In this document: positions 39,131-52,320 of the stretch, piece after piece
How the letters are laid out: the number at the start of each line of letters is the position of its first letter
Numbering within the stretch: position 1 is the first letter of the stretch
Assembly (NCBI GenBank): GCA_028534125.1
Contig: CM052817.1
Span: forward strand, 100,442,001-100,506,000
DNA: 64,000 bases
Reading direction: 5' to 3'
DNA from: Lama glama
Taxonomy: Eukaryota
Notes under the pieces: generated by a model
What the model saw: the letters and a program-made list of their open reading frames with translations, nothing else
Databases searched by the model: none
Told to the model about the DNA's origin: nothing
Position numbers and translations under genes: made by a program

Positions 39131-42100
39131 GTTTTTTTAAAGTTGTGTTTTCTTGAGTGAGGAACAGCTTTGAGGAGTTCTGGTCAGTTCGGGTGCAGCA
39201 GAGGCATCTCACAAAGCACTGAATGAGCATTTACAATATACATGACATAGGGAGAGCACCTGGGACACTGCAGGAGTTCAGGTGAAAGGCAATGTCCTAT
39301 TATGGTGGTGACAGTGGAAACAGGGAAAACAAAGGGACAGAAAGTCGTTTCTTTATTAGGAAGAGTGTTAGCCACTGTGAAATCTATGCAGACTCCAACA
39401 AAGGAACATTCATATGTGTTTTATTTAATATCCGTGGAAGGACCCCATGAACAAGGCAATTGTCTGAAGAGATAATAGATTTCTCTCTTTGAATGGACGT
39501 TTAAGGCCTTTGAATTTCATTAGAATTAAATACCTTGAGAATTTACATCTTTTTAATTCGTTTATGTTCAAAAACCTAACGTTCTACTTACAAGGTCTGC
39601 ACTGTTGTCTGAAAAACAAATGGATAACAAGATCCCCTGCAGAAATAATGAACAGTGCTCCCTATTGTTGCTGCTGTTTATCACTCCTGACCTTTATTTT
39701 ACCTATTTCTTGCAACCTCTGCTCTCTTACAGCAGCCCACACTGGGCTTGAGGTCATCGCTCCGGGAGTCCATCCTCAAGGTGCCTCAAGGAACAGGGGG
39801 TCTGTTGAAATATGGAGAGACTGTGTCTGGAACTAGAAAATCATCAGGAACCAGGGCAGAATCAACCAGGCTCTCTGTCCTTCTCCCGTACTGCCCCTGC
39901 TCTCTCTGTGCAGAGTCCCTTCTCCTGCACCTTTGGTTTCCTCTTCTTTCTTGTAGTTTCTCTGCAGTCTTAACTTCATCTCACAGAAGGCCCATTAGAG
40001 CCTCTTACAGCCATGCCTTTACAGTTTCCCCACTGTTTTTTAGTTTCAATTACTGAGTGAGGAAATATGACCGGACAGGCCGAGCTTACATGGGTTGTTG
40101 GGCAGCCCGAGGTCAGCTGTGGCCTGGGCACGAGCGGGGCTGAGGGGCACGGCACACATCATGGCCGCCTGGGACTGGCCCTTGAGCGGGGCCTGTGGAT
40201 AGGGCAGGGTTCCTTGAAGAAGCCTTGGGAAGACTAGGACTGAAGAGCTTTCTCATACATCCTGCCAACCCTGGGTCTGCAGCTGCTAATTTTGATAGGC
40301 GTCTCAAAACCAATGTGGGCCTCCATTTAACCAGCTCCAAATTCTCACTCATCTTAAGAGAAAGAGAATTCATTTAGGGTTTGACAGGCTACTCAGTGCA
40401 ACCCATCAAGAAATGACTTTGGGTGCCAAGAACAAAACCGTGATCAATGCCTGCTACTCTCTCAGCTCCTTAGAAGATACAGATGGAACAAACTGCCATC
40501 TTGGCCACTTGGGAAAAATACATGGGTCATGGGTTGGGGGTGGAGGTCAGTTTCACCCTTTCTGATATTTATCAATTTTTTAAGGGCACCAAAAATTATT
40601 TGACTAACTCCAGTTTGTTGTCCACGTGTTGTGCGCCAGGCTGGGTGCCCTCAGCTTGTCTATGCGCCATCTAATAATTCTAAGTCGTCTAATTTTCCCA
40701 CCAACAACAGGCATTGTATCTATTTGACAGATGAGGCAAATGGGGCTGAGAGATGCAGAGTAGTTTGCTGAAGGTGACAAACTGCTAAGTGGCACATCCG
40801 GAATCTGAATCCAGAATTGACTCTTTAGTCCGTATATTATATTGTCTTCTGTGCTGAGACTCACTGGCTTCATTGCTGCCTTGTGACTCCCTGGTCATGT
40901 CACTTAATTCATTGTGTCTTATCCTTTCTTCAATGAAGAGGAACCAAATTTTGATCACTGAATGTTTTTCCCACCTGGGCTGGACATCAGTAGATGCCCA
41001 AGATAGAGGGTCAGAGAATGACCTAGTTCATCCGGGGACAAATATCCCTGCCTGGGCAAACTCATTCAATGGCAACAACATCTTCTGTCAGGGGTGGGTC
41101 TTGGCCTGCAGGGCATGCAGATTCATTTCAAAATGAACTCATTTATGATTGCATTAAGGAAAACTCCATCATAATGAGTTTCCGTGGCCTTGTTTATGAA
41201 AAGAAAACTTTTAGACTCTGCAATTACCCAAAGCAGTAAAGCAGTAAAGAAAGACAGCATGTTAAATAATAATTGCAAATGTTACATAAATGAGCGTGGT
41301 TTGATTGAATTTATTAGCTATGTGTTGCTGGCATTTTAAGATATAAAGCATTTATCACAAAACGATGATTTCTTCACTTAAGCTCATTAGGAAATCACAC
41401 ATCGATTCACACGTAATTACAGAGGAATTCCTGCTGCTCCCCACAAATCATTACCACAGTAGCTAAAGTTGATTTTTACATGATTTGGAAAAGGGGGTTC
41501 TCAACAGGAACCTTTGGAGAAAGGAGTCCACCTCACCAAGGGCTCCATCCCCTTTTGAATGAGAGGAAAGAGGGGCCGAAGGACTCAGAGTAGTCCCTGA
41601 GGCAAGACCTGAGTCTTCTCTCTTCCCATCAGAATCTCACCATGTGGATTGTCCTGCTTTAGGTAGTGAAAACTTAAGTGTCTATAGATAACTATTTGAA
41701 CCAAACAAATGGTCACTCTTTGAAACTAAATTAGAAAGAAGAAAGAATTATAAGAAAAACAAAAAAATAGGACAGTATGTTTAAGAAGTTTGTCCAATTT
41801 GAGCATTCATTTACAGTCAAAGAGCAAAACCCAAGGCTACCAAGGGTCTATCCATCAACCAAGAGGAAGAGGGGTCTTTCTATACTGATAGAGATGCCAG
41901 GTAAAGGGCCTTTTTCACTTCAGATTTTCTTCGTATATAGCTTGTAAAATATATACTCTCTGGATATTCAAAGTATACGTCCTTCCAAGCCTGACTCTTA
42001 TCCTTCTTTCTTGGCCGTATGTAAGATAAAGTCAACATACAAGAAAGCACCAGGAGAGACAGAGTGGGAGAGGGAGTGGAGGAGGTGATATATAAGAGCA

Positions 42101-42149
42101 ATAAGTGGTCATTAGAAGTAAAAGAAGCGGGTGCTTTAGATGACACGAA

Positions 42150-43205
42150 TCATTGATTCATTTTCTCAGTAGATAAAGGACTTTTATGAATCATCAAGAA
42201 AATAACCAACGGTTCAGCAGGGGGAAAAAATGGGCAGATTATGCAAAGGGAGCCCACAGAGAAAGAAATACAAATGGCTTTCCAACCCAGCGAAGATGCC
42301 CATTCTCATTTCAAATTAAATAATTATAATTAAAACAAGAATGAGATACAACTGTTAACCTATCAGGTTGACGGAGATCAAAAAGTTTGGTAATACAGTG
42401 TGCTGGTAAAGGTACCAAGAAACACTCATGTAATTGGTGAAGCTTAATATGCAACAACTTCTTTGGAGAGCAAAATTCGTCAGTGTGTATCAGATATTAA
42501 AATGCACAAGCTCTTTGACCCGGTGATTCCACTTCTACAAATTCATCTCACAAATACATTTAAAGATGTTGACAGTCTGTACCGGGATATTCATCATAGC
42601 ATTATGATAGCAAAATACGGGAAATGCTGAATGGTCCAAAGATTATGAATTAGTTAAAGAATGCCATGTAACAGTTAAAGAAGAATAAAATAGGTTTATT
42701 TCTATGTATTGATACATAAACTTTTATACATTAGTACAAATCCAAGAACTATCACAAAGTTTTAAAAAGGGAAGAAAAAACTATGTAATATGTTAACATT
42801 TATATCAAAAGGATATATATGTATATGAATAAAGGAAATATTTATGTAAAGCATATGTGAAAAAAGAGCACTTTTCCTATTGAAAATGAGTAGTAGATTT
42901 TAATATCATTGTCCATGCTAAACCAGCATTAAGAATTATAAAATTTATTAAATATATCTCCGGAGGCTTTTTCCCCTCTCTGTGGGAAAAGCAATCTTTG
43001 AAATGTAAACTATGTGTGTGTGTGTGTGTATACCTACAAACACTTATATGCCTGGAAATAGACTATTTCTAGAAAGACATTAAGGAGAATGTGGTCGCCT
43101 CTGGGAAAGGAGGAGTCTGGAAGACTCATCTTGAATGTTTTTTACAGTAAATTCATTCATATAATTTTTTTTTACCAGGTTCCTATATTACATTTTTAAT
43201 TAAAA
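42150..43205 (+). mobile_element. Old L1 (L1ME-like) 3' region
   Basis: Degraded ORF2 tail: aaatgggcag..gaaatacaaatggc..ctttgacccggtgattccacttcta. Confidence 0.7.
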
Positions 43206-45443
43206 AACAGACTTATGGGGGGAGCTCCTTGTGCTATAAATAGAAATGGCATCTATGGGAATGATTTAAACCAAGGAAAATCACAAGTTGGGTTCTTGGG
43301 AACCGAGGGTTCTCATCTTGAGAAAACGGACAAGGTCAGGTGGAGGGGGCAGCCCTGAGGCTGGTTGCTTCTGGCCGTCGCCAGACTCGTTTCAATTTCT
43401 CGGCTTCCGAAAAGGAGCAAGTGGTGGAGGAGGGCTGTACTCTCAGCCCCTCCCCTGACCTCTCCGGAGATGATTCAAGGGTGAAGGAACTATTATACGG
43501 AGGGCTTCCTGATGCCTTTTCTACACTATGTCTTCCCAGAAACGATGCAGGAGATAAATGACAGACAACGGTATTAAAATTCCCCTTCCGAGAGCAAACC
43601 ACCCTTAGGAGGGATGTTGCTTTGGAAAGTCAATGAACTTCTTCAGGGAATTAATGCAAGTCAAAAATCTTCAAAGAAAATTGCTTAATTGAAACCTCAA
43701 GACCTTGACCTATGAAAGGGTTCAGGAAGCGGGAATTTCTCTTCAACCTGCCTCGGGTCTCATACAGCATTTGTTGCCCCTGTTCCCACCTCTCCACCAG
43801 CAGAGCAGAAGCAGGGGCTAAAAGGGCAGGGCTCATTTGTCCCCAGTCCCTCTGGGAAGTCACCGGTAAAACATTTCAGTGCTCTGAAGGTACGCTTTGA
43901 ATCAGATCACCCCTCTTCCCAGACCTTGCCTAATTCCCAGTTCCCAGGTTCCAGGACTGAGTCTCTCTCAGACTTCCTGGAAGGGCTCAAGGTTTTGAAT
44001 GATCTTACCCTCCTACCAGTGGGACCGGATGCCAGCTGTAACATGCCATCTCAGAGCTGCAGGAGGCCAGTTAAGAAACCAGAACCAGAGCTTTTTAAAA
44101 AAACAACTCTCTCGGTGCTGAGACCCAGGAAGTTCAAGGCATTTTCTTCTGTAAGTGACTTTTGCATAATGAGCTCAGCATGTGGCTAGCAAGGGATCTC
44201 AGGTGCTCAAATCCAAAATTTGCTAGCCTATTAAATAACCAATAAAAACAAGCAAAAAGAGAGTAGGGGGAGAGAGACCCCAAAGTCGTCTTGAAGGATT
44301 AGTTGAAGAAATCATTCTCTGCTTTTTTAAAAGCTCAAATTGCCAGAGAGTGAGAGTAGGAAAGAGATTCTCTTGTTAAGAATCGAAGCGGGGCAGAAAT
44401 TCACCTCCCTTTTCAGGTGTTGAAGGAGAAAAGGGATGAGGAGAAAAAAAGATAGTTTTTTCCTTTTTGAGAAAGAATAGTTTTAACCTTCAAGAAACCG
44501 CAGAGGTTATTGGAGTTTCTATATGGAAAGTCTTCAGAAAGACAGGGACATGAATCCTGGGTTGTTTTATCTCCACTTTAAAGCACTTGAACATTCAAAT
44601 TCCCTAAAAAAAAGAGGGCAGATGATCCAGTCTAATGGATTTGTTAATATCCCCGCGCCAGCCCAGGAGTTTCCTCGGCTCTCCTCTTGGTGACACCAGC
44701 AGTGCTTTTCCTGAGTTTGAGTCAGTTTCCCCAGTCGTGAGGCTGAGGTCACTGGAGAGCGGGGGGTAGGAGCCACTCTGGGTGTGCTTTTTATTTTTAA
44801 TGTACTAGTGAGAAGTCGACAGGACCCGGTTACAGGAAGTCATGGGCTGAAACAGGACTGCTTGATGTTGGAAGTTTGACGAACATCTAGAGAATGTTCT
44901 GTTAACAGTCTGAAGGCTGCGGGTGGCACGCCGGGAAGGAGCAATCCAACAAAGTGCATTTCAGATCACCCGGTGCAGGTTGCCCAGTGCAGGAGTAGGC
45001 GCCTCCAGGTCAGTGAAGAAATGAGAGTGGATGGGAAGTAGCTGGCTCGCCTTCCCCAGTCATCTGTATGAAGGATTACGGGGCAGAAGTCTTCTGATAG
45101 GAATTTATGTTCTCTGGGAAAGGACTGAGGCCTTTCCTTTTCCAGCAACACACATCAGGGCCTAACATTTATTTGACACTCTCTCATCCAGTATTCACAA
45201 GCCCACACCCTGAGCTGAGCCAGGGACTTGGAATAATGAATAACGTGGAGACCACGATGGGTGAGACCCCTTCCCTTGGAAAGCTTTCAGGTTCCTGGGT
45301 GGTACCCACGGGGAAGAAGCAACCACACAGTGTGTGGTGAGGACCACAGTGAGGGTGAGCACGGATGCCTGAGACCCACAGGAAGGGCCTTTGGGGTCAG
45401 AAAAGGTGTCTTGGGGGAAGAGGCAATCGGCTCGAGCAACATA

Positions 45444-46330
45444 TGACATAACAGAAAACATATATTGGTCTCTGCCCTTCGTTTCTGGCACAGAATTCTT
45501 AAAATTCTTCTGATTTCCTAAGTGATGGGGTCACCAGGAAGGAGCGTCTTTTGTTTTAATATTTAACCAGTAATATTCTGGTTCCTGACTCCCTTGGAAT
45601 TTCCTGGGTGATAATGTCTTTTGTTCTAATGAGGTGACCCCGGATGGTTCCTGGATGGGGCGGGTCACCAGAAGGATCAAGCCATGAATAGAAGCATGGA
45701 GCTTTCAGCCCCATCCCACCCCCAAAGGGAAGAGGTCTGGAAACTGAGGTAATGACCCATCAAGGCTATATGATGAAGACCCCAGGAAAAGCCCCGAAGC
45801 ATGACGTGCTGAGAGTTTCCAGGCTGGTGAACACATCGACACATGTGGGGGGGTGACACACCCCAGCTCCGCAGGGACAGAAGCCCCTGCACTCGGGACC
45901 CTTTTGGGGTCCTGTGTATCTCTTCATCTGGCTGTTTATCTGTATTCTTTACCACAACCTTTATTACATAAGAAACTGGGAAGTGTGTTTCCCTGAGTTC
46001 TATGAGCTGTTCTGGCAAATAGCTGAATCTAAGGGGAGGGTCATGGGAACCTCCAATTTGTAGCCAAGTCAGAGAGAAGTCGTGGGTACCTAGGAACCTA
46101 TTACTTGCAACTGGCATCTGGGGGTGGGGGCTGAGCCCTAAACCTGTGGGGTCTTCGCTAATTCCTGTTAGTGCCAGAATTGGGTTGGATCATAGGATGC
46201 CAAGCTGGTGTTGCAAGAATTGCTCGATGTGGGAGAAAACCTACATTTCTGGTGTCAGAAATGCTGTGAGTGTGGTAGCGGGGGTAGAATAAAGGAGACA
46301 CATGGGAAAACTGTTGTTTTTTTCATTACA
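45444..46330. mobile_element. MER21-like ERVL LTR
   Basis: ttggtctctgcc..ctggcacaga..ggaatttcctgggtgat..ctaatgaggtgac..ggtcaccagaa..gtgtttccctgagttctatgagc..gggtcatgggaacc. Confidence 0.7.
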
Positions 46331-49109
46331 CAAAACAAAGAGGAAAGCAGCCCAGGTGGAGAAAGTAGGGTGCACAGGTCCCAGTGCCAAGACGGAGCAG
46401 AGATCCCTCCATCTCCTTGACACTCAGTATCTTTCTTCCGTGTCATCTGGCTCCTTCTGAACTTTGACCTCCATGCCCTTCAGGACCAATGCAGGCCTGC
46501 CCACCTCTGCCCACACCTCGCCCCACCTACAGGATGTAGGACTCCCAGTCCAGCAGTTCCAGCCATAGGCAGCCCCGAGCCAACCTGATGCTCCGTGCCC
46601 GCATCTGACACCAGTCCCAGCACAGTCCTGCTTGGGACACTGGCTCTTTGAGCTCCAGCTCAATCCAATTTTTCTCCATCTCCCCTCAGTTTCCCTCTCT
46701 TTCTCCCTCTCAATGAAAATGATGGAGGAGAAGGTGAGAGACAAGTAAGTAGATAAAAGGTAGGTGACAGGGAATCCATGAATGGTTTCTACCAGTAACA
46801 AAAACAAAAGCAAAAACAAATCCTCCAATTAAATAAGCCCCTCCCAGGAAAACATCTTGCCTCACCCCTCCTCAAGCCCTAGCCAGTGAGACTATGGAGC
46901 TGAGAGAACAGGATAAAATGTAATCTGACAACTAATTTTTCTACAGACTGTCAAATGTCCCTTTGGGTGACTTTTCACTAGATTATCCAGATATTCTTGT
47001 TTTCCATGATAGATCCTTGGACCCATGTGATATTTCCAACAGAACCCTAGTAGACTTTCATAATGGTTTTAGACCTTTGTATCTTCTTATTCCCCTTGTG
47101 TCTAACCTACTTGATAAACAAATTTTGAGTGAATGAATGACTTAAATTGTCCTTGGGTTAAGTTTGAAGTTTCTCCAAGGCACGAGCCCAAAAGAAAAGC
47201 TCTCTCATCCAGGCAAAGTGAATTTCCTTTGTAGACATCACCCATGGTTCCCATCACCCAGGAGATAGAAGAAGGGTGAGTTAACTTTTCTAACTCTCGG
47301 CTAATCAGATCAATACCCAGCTGCTCACTATGAACAGAATGCATCCAAATAATATCAGTGAAGCAAACTCTGCCCAGAGGAATTTCATCTGTTTAAACTT
47401 TCAAGGTCTTGTTTAGATGTTGGAAACAGAACTGTGGGAGAGAGAGAGAGAAGTACTTTCTGGAGCAAATGTCTGATCTAATCATGTAGAATCATCTCCC
47501 GGCTCACTCTTGGGACTTCACCCTCCCCCTTTGCCTCCTGTCTAACAGGCCCATCACTTTGCACAGATTTATAAGTCAATCCACTGGACACTCCCTGCAG
47601 CCCAGCTCACCATAATGGGTATTTAATGGAATTTGGATCTGGGAGTCCATCCAAAATTATTACCAGAGAACCAGAACAAGCTCATGGCACAAATCCATGC
47701 CAGGTGCCCCAAGGCTCTCAACAGTTTATATTCAAGACATCAGGGTCCTTTGGGTGTGGGTGAGGGGTGGAGGAATATGCTTGTTCGGTGGCTTTTTTTT
47801 CCTCTTCCATGCTTTTTGCAAACACTGAGAAACAGTACAATAAACTTTTATGTTATGAGACTCTTAGGGATCCCCAAATTCATCATCTTTCCTCAGAAAC
47901 CCAGTAAGTAAACGACAACAAAAAGCTGGCCACTATGTGGTTGCCGGGCAACGGGGTGGGCTCACCACCCACATCAGTGCCTCAGTGATGTTCAATTCAG
48001 AACCACGGTGAAAGGGTAGACTCTCCATGCAGTGAACTTCGGATTGGAAAACAGACAAACCAACCCAGAAAGTGAGAATGTTAATCTGTGGATGCCAAGT
48101 CTCAGCCATGATATAACCTCATAGATTTAGGTGCCTCACAGTTCAACACAACTTCACATCATTTTCCCTGATGATAATGGCATGGAGACAGAAGAGCATC
48201 CTGGTGAGTCTGAAGGAGCAAGGTCTTTACTGCCTGAGCAGTTACAGAAAGAGACCAAACCATCAGGAAGAGGCCCAGCAGACACATTCATGAATCACCG
48301 TGATTTTTGAGCCTTGTAACGTGTTAGATCCTGTTCTGATTACCAGCCCCTCAACCTCTACCCCTGTGCATGGGACATGAGACCAAGGAAGCCAGCACTG
48401 GGTGGGCACCTCTGGGACACTCCCAGGAGCCTGGCTTACACAGCCACCCCCTTCCTCCACTCTAAGACCTCCAGAGGAGCAAGTCCCCTGAAATTTCCAC
48501 GTGGAGGCTCCAAGTCTCCTACAAAGGCCACAGTGATCACGACTGGATGGCAGAGGGAGCTGTGTCCGGCCAGGGGCTGGGGACAAGACCTGAAAGCTTC
48601 CTCAGTCCCCTGCTGGCTCTAGTCACCTGCTGAGTTCAGTTTTCTCCATGTGACTTATCAAATCCCCTGGGAGCAACAGGGCAGGAGGCAAGGAACATGC
48701 TCCAAGCAGGAGGCTGTACAAGACATAACTTCCAGCAGCCTTGTGAAGACAGCAGAGGGGTGGGAGATCCTACGCAGATAGAGATGAAGGGATTTCATAA
48801 TTGAATAATATTTGCTGATATATTAAGATATTTTTATAGTGCTGTCTGTGCTGTTAGCCATAAAGAATATTAATTAACTTTATAGATATTTGAAGAGTAG
48901 GTGTAAAACAGCCATTAACCATCATTTCTTTTATTAACAAAAATAAAATTAGGTTCTGTGTGTACAGGGCATTATTTTTAGCTCTCCCATATGTACCTGC
49001 CTCTTTGGACTGCAGACCACCCCCACTTAGCTACGCAGACCTTACAGATAGACTCAGGATCTCTCTGGAGGGTGGCTTGGGTCAGGAGAAGAAACTCTTC
49101 GCAGAGAGA

Positions 49110-49225
49110 GATGATGAAGAGGATGGTGATGGTGGTAGACGTGGCGATGATGCATTGGTCGGGCTGGGGAGGTGATGGTGAAGGTGGTGGTAGAGCCGTG
49201 ATGCTGGTGATGGTGGAGATGGTGT
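49110..49225 (+). repeat. Degenerate (GAT/GGT)n low-complexity tract
   Basis: Directly visible. Confidence 0.85.
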
Positions 49226-50069
49226 AACAGAAGCATGGCAGTAAGGAAGGGAAATCAGTTACAACAATGGCCTATTTTAATATTTTAAAACAACATCCTA
49301 TGCGTAGTATTAGGCACTCAATGAAAGATTAAATTCCACCAGCTAGCCTCAGGCCTTTCAGGTTTTTCTCTTTGGCACCTAGAGGATAACCAATCTCTCA
49401 AAGGTCAAATCATAAAGATAAATTATTTTATGTCTCCAGGTGCCAGGGTCATTTCAGGATTTAAACTAAGACTCACTTTGCTCCAGGCACAGGAGCTCAG
49501 CCTCCCTTTCTTTGAGGCTTCACCCAGGAAAGCAACTTCTAACTTCTTTATAAGCCTCCTATGTACTTGTTAAAGACACTCTCCTAATATTCTTAGCATT
49601 TCTTCTTTTTATTCTGGCCCCAAGATGCAAAGTCACCAAGACCCAAAGCAAATCAGCTACGTGCAAAACAGGGGCGAACAAAAGTAGAAGAGTCGAAGAA
49701 TTATGACTGTGTTCTTTTGCACCTTTGATATGAGAGTTTCCACAACATTCAGTCATTTATTCATTTGTTCCTTCATTCATTCAACAAGCATTCACCCCTG
49801 CCACTCTAGGTTCGTCCCTGGGGGAAAATGAGAAACCAAGATTCCCATCCTTCCCTCCAGGATCTTAGACTCCAGGGGATACAACAAAAAGAATATTCCA
49901 ATTTGAAAGAAGTCAAGGCTGGGAGGGTTCTACACACCCAAAGAATATGGGAAGAAAAAATAAAGCAGTTTTTGAAATATGACTTTCAAAACACCCTGTG
50001 GCAATCTTTTTAAAATCTCCCTTAAGGACTTTAGGACTCCATGACAACTAAGAAGCTAAGAAGGCTGTT

Positions 50070-50240
50070 TCTTGAAATTGGCCTGGGGACAAATGGCATT
50101 ATAATCACCAGGGGCTTTTTTAAAAGGCGAATTCCAGTGTTCCACGGTAGCCTACTAAATCAGAATTTCTGAGAATTGGGATCAGGGAAACTGCTTTATG
50201 AACATGCCCCTTAGTGATTCTGAGGCACCCAGAATCATTA
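50070..50240. mobile_element. MER5-like DNA transposon
   Basis: aatcaccagggg..cctactaaatcagaatttctg..gtgattctga. Confidence 0.6.
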
Positions 50241-50477
50241 AGCAAAACTCAAAGAAAGGGATTGAAAAACTGAGACCAGGATGGGCTTCTTGTGACCGAG
50301 GTGTGGAAATTAAGATACCAAGGGACAGTTAAGTAGACAAAGCTTTTGAACAGCGGAACATTTGAAAAACTCTTTGGACTAGGAGCCAGCTCTTTGGGCT
50401 GACAAGCTGAATGGTCTTTGCCATTTCATTCCTTTCCATCTAGTATTCAACCTCCCCATCTATCTACTGAAGGGTGT

Positions 50478-50837
50478 GGTCTAGATCTGCACTATCCAAT
50501 ACAGTAGCCACCAGTCACGTGAGAATATTGGACGCTTGAAATGTGACGATTCTGAATTGAGACGTGTTGCAAGGGTGAAGTACACACTGGGTTTGAAAGA
50601 CTTAGTATAATACAAAGAATGTAAAATGCCCAATTTTTTTTATATTGATTACATGCTGAAATGATAATATTTGGGTAAATACAATTAGGTTAAATTAAAA
50701 TGAATTTTACCTGTTTCTTTTACTTTTCTTAAGTGTACCTACTAGAAAAATTTAAATTATAAACGTGACTTGCAAGTGCGGCTTGTTGGATGTTTAGATA
50801 TGACGTGTGACCTAATGTTGGACCACACTGGTCTGGA
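50478..50837. mobile_element. MER3/MER33-like hAT-Charlie element
   Basis: ctagatctgcactatccaatacagtagccaccagtcacgtg..cttgaaatgtg ... ttggaccacactggtctgga. Confidence 0.7.
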
Positions 50838-51335
50838 TGCCGTCTCATCAGCGTTGATATTCTGTGCAATTTTTAGACAGATTAATGGAGAGTTAAGTGT
50901 CGTTTGAATGGGTCCCGGGTCAAGGCTTTGGCTCCCAGTCAGAAGTCAGCCAACCTCTAGCGGGAAGTCCTGCCCACCCAGGGCGAGAGGAAGGTGCAGA
51001 GAGAGGAGGTGAACCCTGAGGAGCCGGGCCATTGTGTGACCTCACACACTTTCTATGACAAATTCGGGCAGCGCTTAGCTATTTTTTTAATCTTCATTCA
51101 CCATCCCTGAGGCTTGTGTTAGGTCTCCTCTGATCTCTGGCCAGCACACACAAACGGAAGGTTTTCCGGGCAGTTTGACATTCCTGGAGTGCTACTTTGA
51201 AGTGAGTTTTCTTTCTTCTGTGCAGACTTTATCTTGGAGACCATATTTGACCACACTGAGCATTGGGGTCCTTCTTTTGACTTGCCAATAATGAAAATAA
51301 ATTTTATTTTCCTCTCTTCTGTGGAAGTGAAAATA

Positions 51336-52320
51336 GATAATGCTGCTATGGACATTAGGATACATATATCTTTTCAAATTAGTGCTTTTGTTTTCTCTGG
51401 AAAAAGTACCCAGAAGTGAAATTCCTGGATCATAAAGTCGTTCTATTTTTAATTTTTTGAGGAATCACCATAGTATTTTCCATAGTGGCTGCATCAGTTT
51501 ACATTCTCACCAACAGTGCACAAGGCTTCTCTTTTCTCCATGTCCTCGTCAACACTGATTATTTGTTCTTTTTTTGATGATAGCCATTCTGACAGGTGTG
51601 AGGTGACATCTTACTGTGGCTTTGATTTTCATTTCCCTGATGATGTTGAGTATCTTTCCATGTGCTTGTTGGCCCTCTGTATGTCTTCTTCGGGAAAATG
51701 TCTGTTCAGGTCCTCTGCTGATTTTTTAACCTAATTGTGTTTTTTTGGCGTTGAGTTGTATGAATTCTTTATATATCTTAGATATCAACCCCTTATCAGA
51801 TATATCATTCGTAAATAGCTTCTGCCATTCAGTAGGCTGCCTTTCCATTTTGTTGATGGTTTCCTTCACTGTGGAAAAGTTTTTTCGTTTGATATGGCCC
51901 CATTTGTTTATTTTAACTTTTGTTTCCTTTGCCTGAGAAGATAAAGCCAAAAAAATATGTTGCCAAGACTGATGCCAAAGAATGTACTACCTGTGTTTTC
52001 TTCTAAAAGTTTTATCGTTTCAGGGCTTACATTTAAGTCTCCAATCCATTTTGAGTTTATTTTTTTATATGGGATGAGAAAGTAGTCTGGTTTGATTTTT
52101 TTTTTTCTTGGCATATAGCTGTCCAGCTCTCTCAACACCACTTATTGAAAAGGCTGCCTTTTCCCAATATTCTTGTCTCCTTTGTCATAGATTAATTGAC
52201 CTTATAAGTGGGTTTATTTCTGGGTTCCCGATTCTGCTCCATTGATGTGCGTGTGTGTTTGTGCCAGTACCACACTGGTTTGATGACTGTAGCTCTGTAG
52301 TACCATTTGAAATCAGGGAG
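51336..52320 (-). mobile_element. L1 ORF2 fragment inserted into module 2
   Basis: [83 protein letters not shown]. Confidence 0.95.

Larger units (their letters stand above)
26330..39329 (-). pseudogene. PDS5-like module 4
   Basis: FLRRHLTDL (~36500-36540) vs FITRQLKGL. SLNEPAYKIAMLL..DLEP (ORF 34378-34560) vs NLNKQAYDLAKALL..AIEP. ERFNYDINKHISL..FSSH (ORF 33871-34092) vs GRFNDIHVPIRL..FASH. EAI..VVTDH (ORF 33625-33828) vs EAI..LVNDH. QAE..RDLRNLGEP..LSPAYIHT (ORF 31291-31614) vs QAE..REITKKLGNP..IAPVHIDT. Stop-free exon 28412-28307. GERAKLW (~27760-27785) vs GEKNGKLW. SPSPFLP (~26345-26365) vs SPKDPVLP. Confidence 0.82.
39330..47431 (-). pseudogene. PDS5-like module 3
   Basis: Acceptor ctcccacag|47431. 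LLE(fs)NITWVQ (~47018-47043) vs LLENIAWVK. FSSIIF and MEVKVQKEPDDTEER (ORF 46424-46828) vs MSSIIC and LEFKLKSNDNEER. LLTEHSLDVR vs FVRERTLDKR. ETRGRLKRNSRFLNPF (ORF 43651-43863) vs EITKKLGNPKQPTNPF. VSSKAPASFTS..RPRKKDKSQAW..YPES (ORF 41880-42146) vs ISMLAPDQFAS..RLPGKKTTKLW..SPET. MRKLFSPSLPKASSR (ORF 40113-40373) vs VRQVFAQKLHKGLSR. ALVPDDFLVPDTV vs SLLPEYVVPYTI. Confidence 0.85.

Noticed and set aside
48960..49236. Acidic and His-rich ORFs
   Set aside because: They are produced by the (GAT/GGT)n low-complexity tract.
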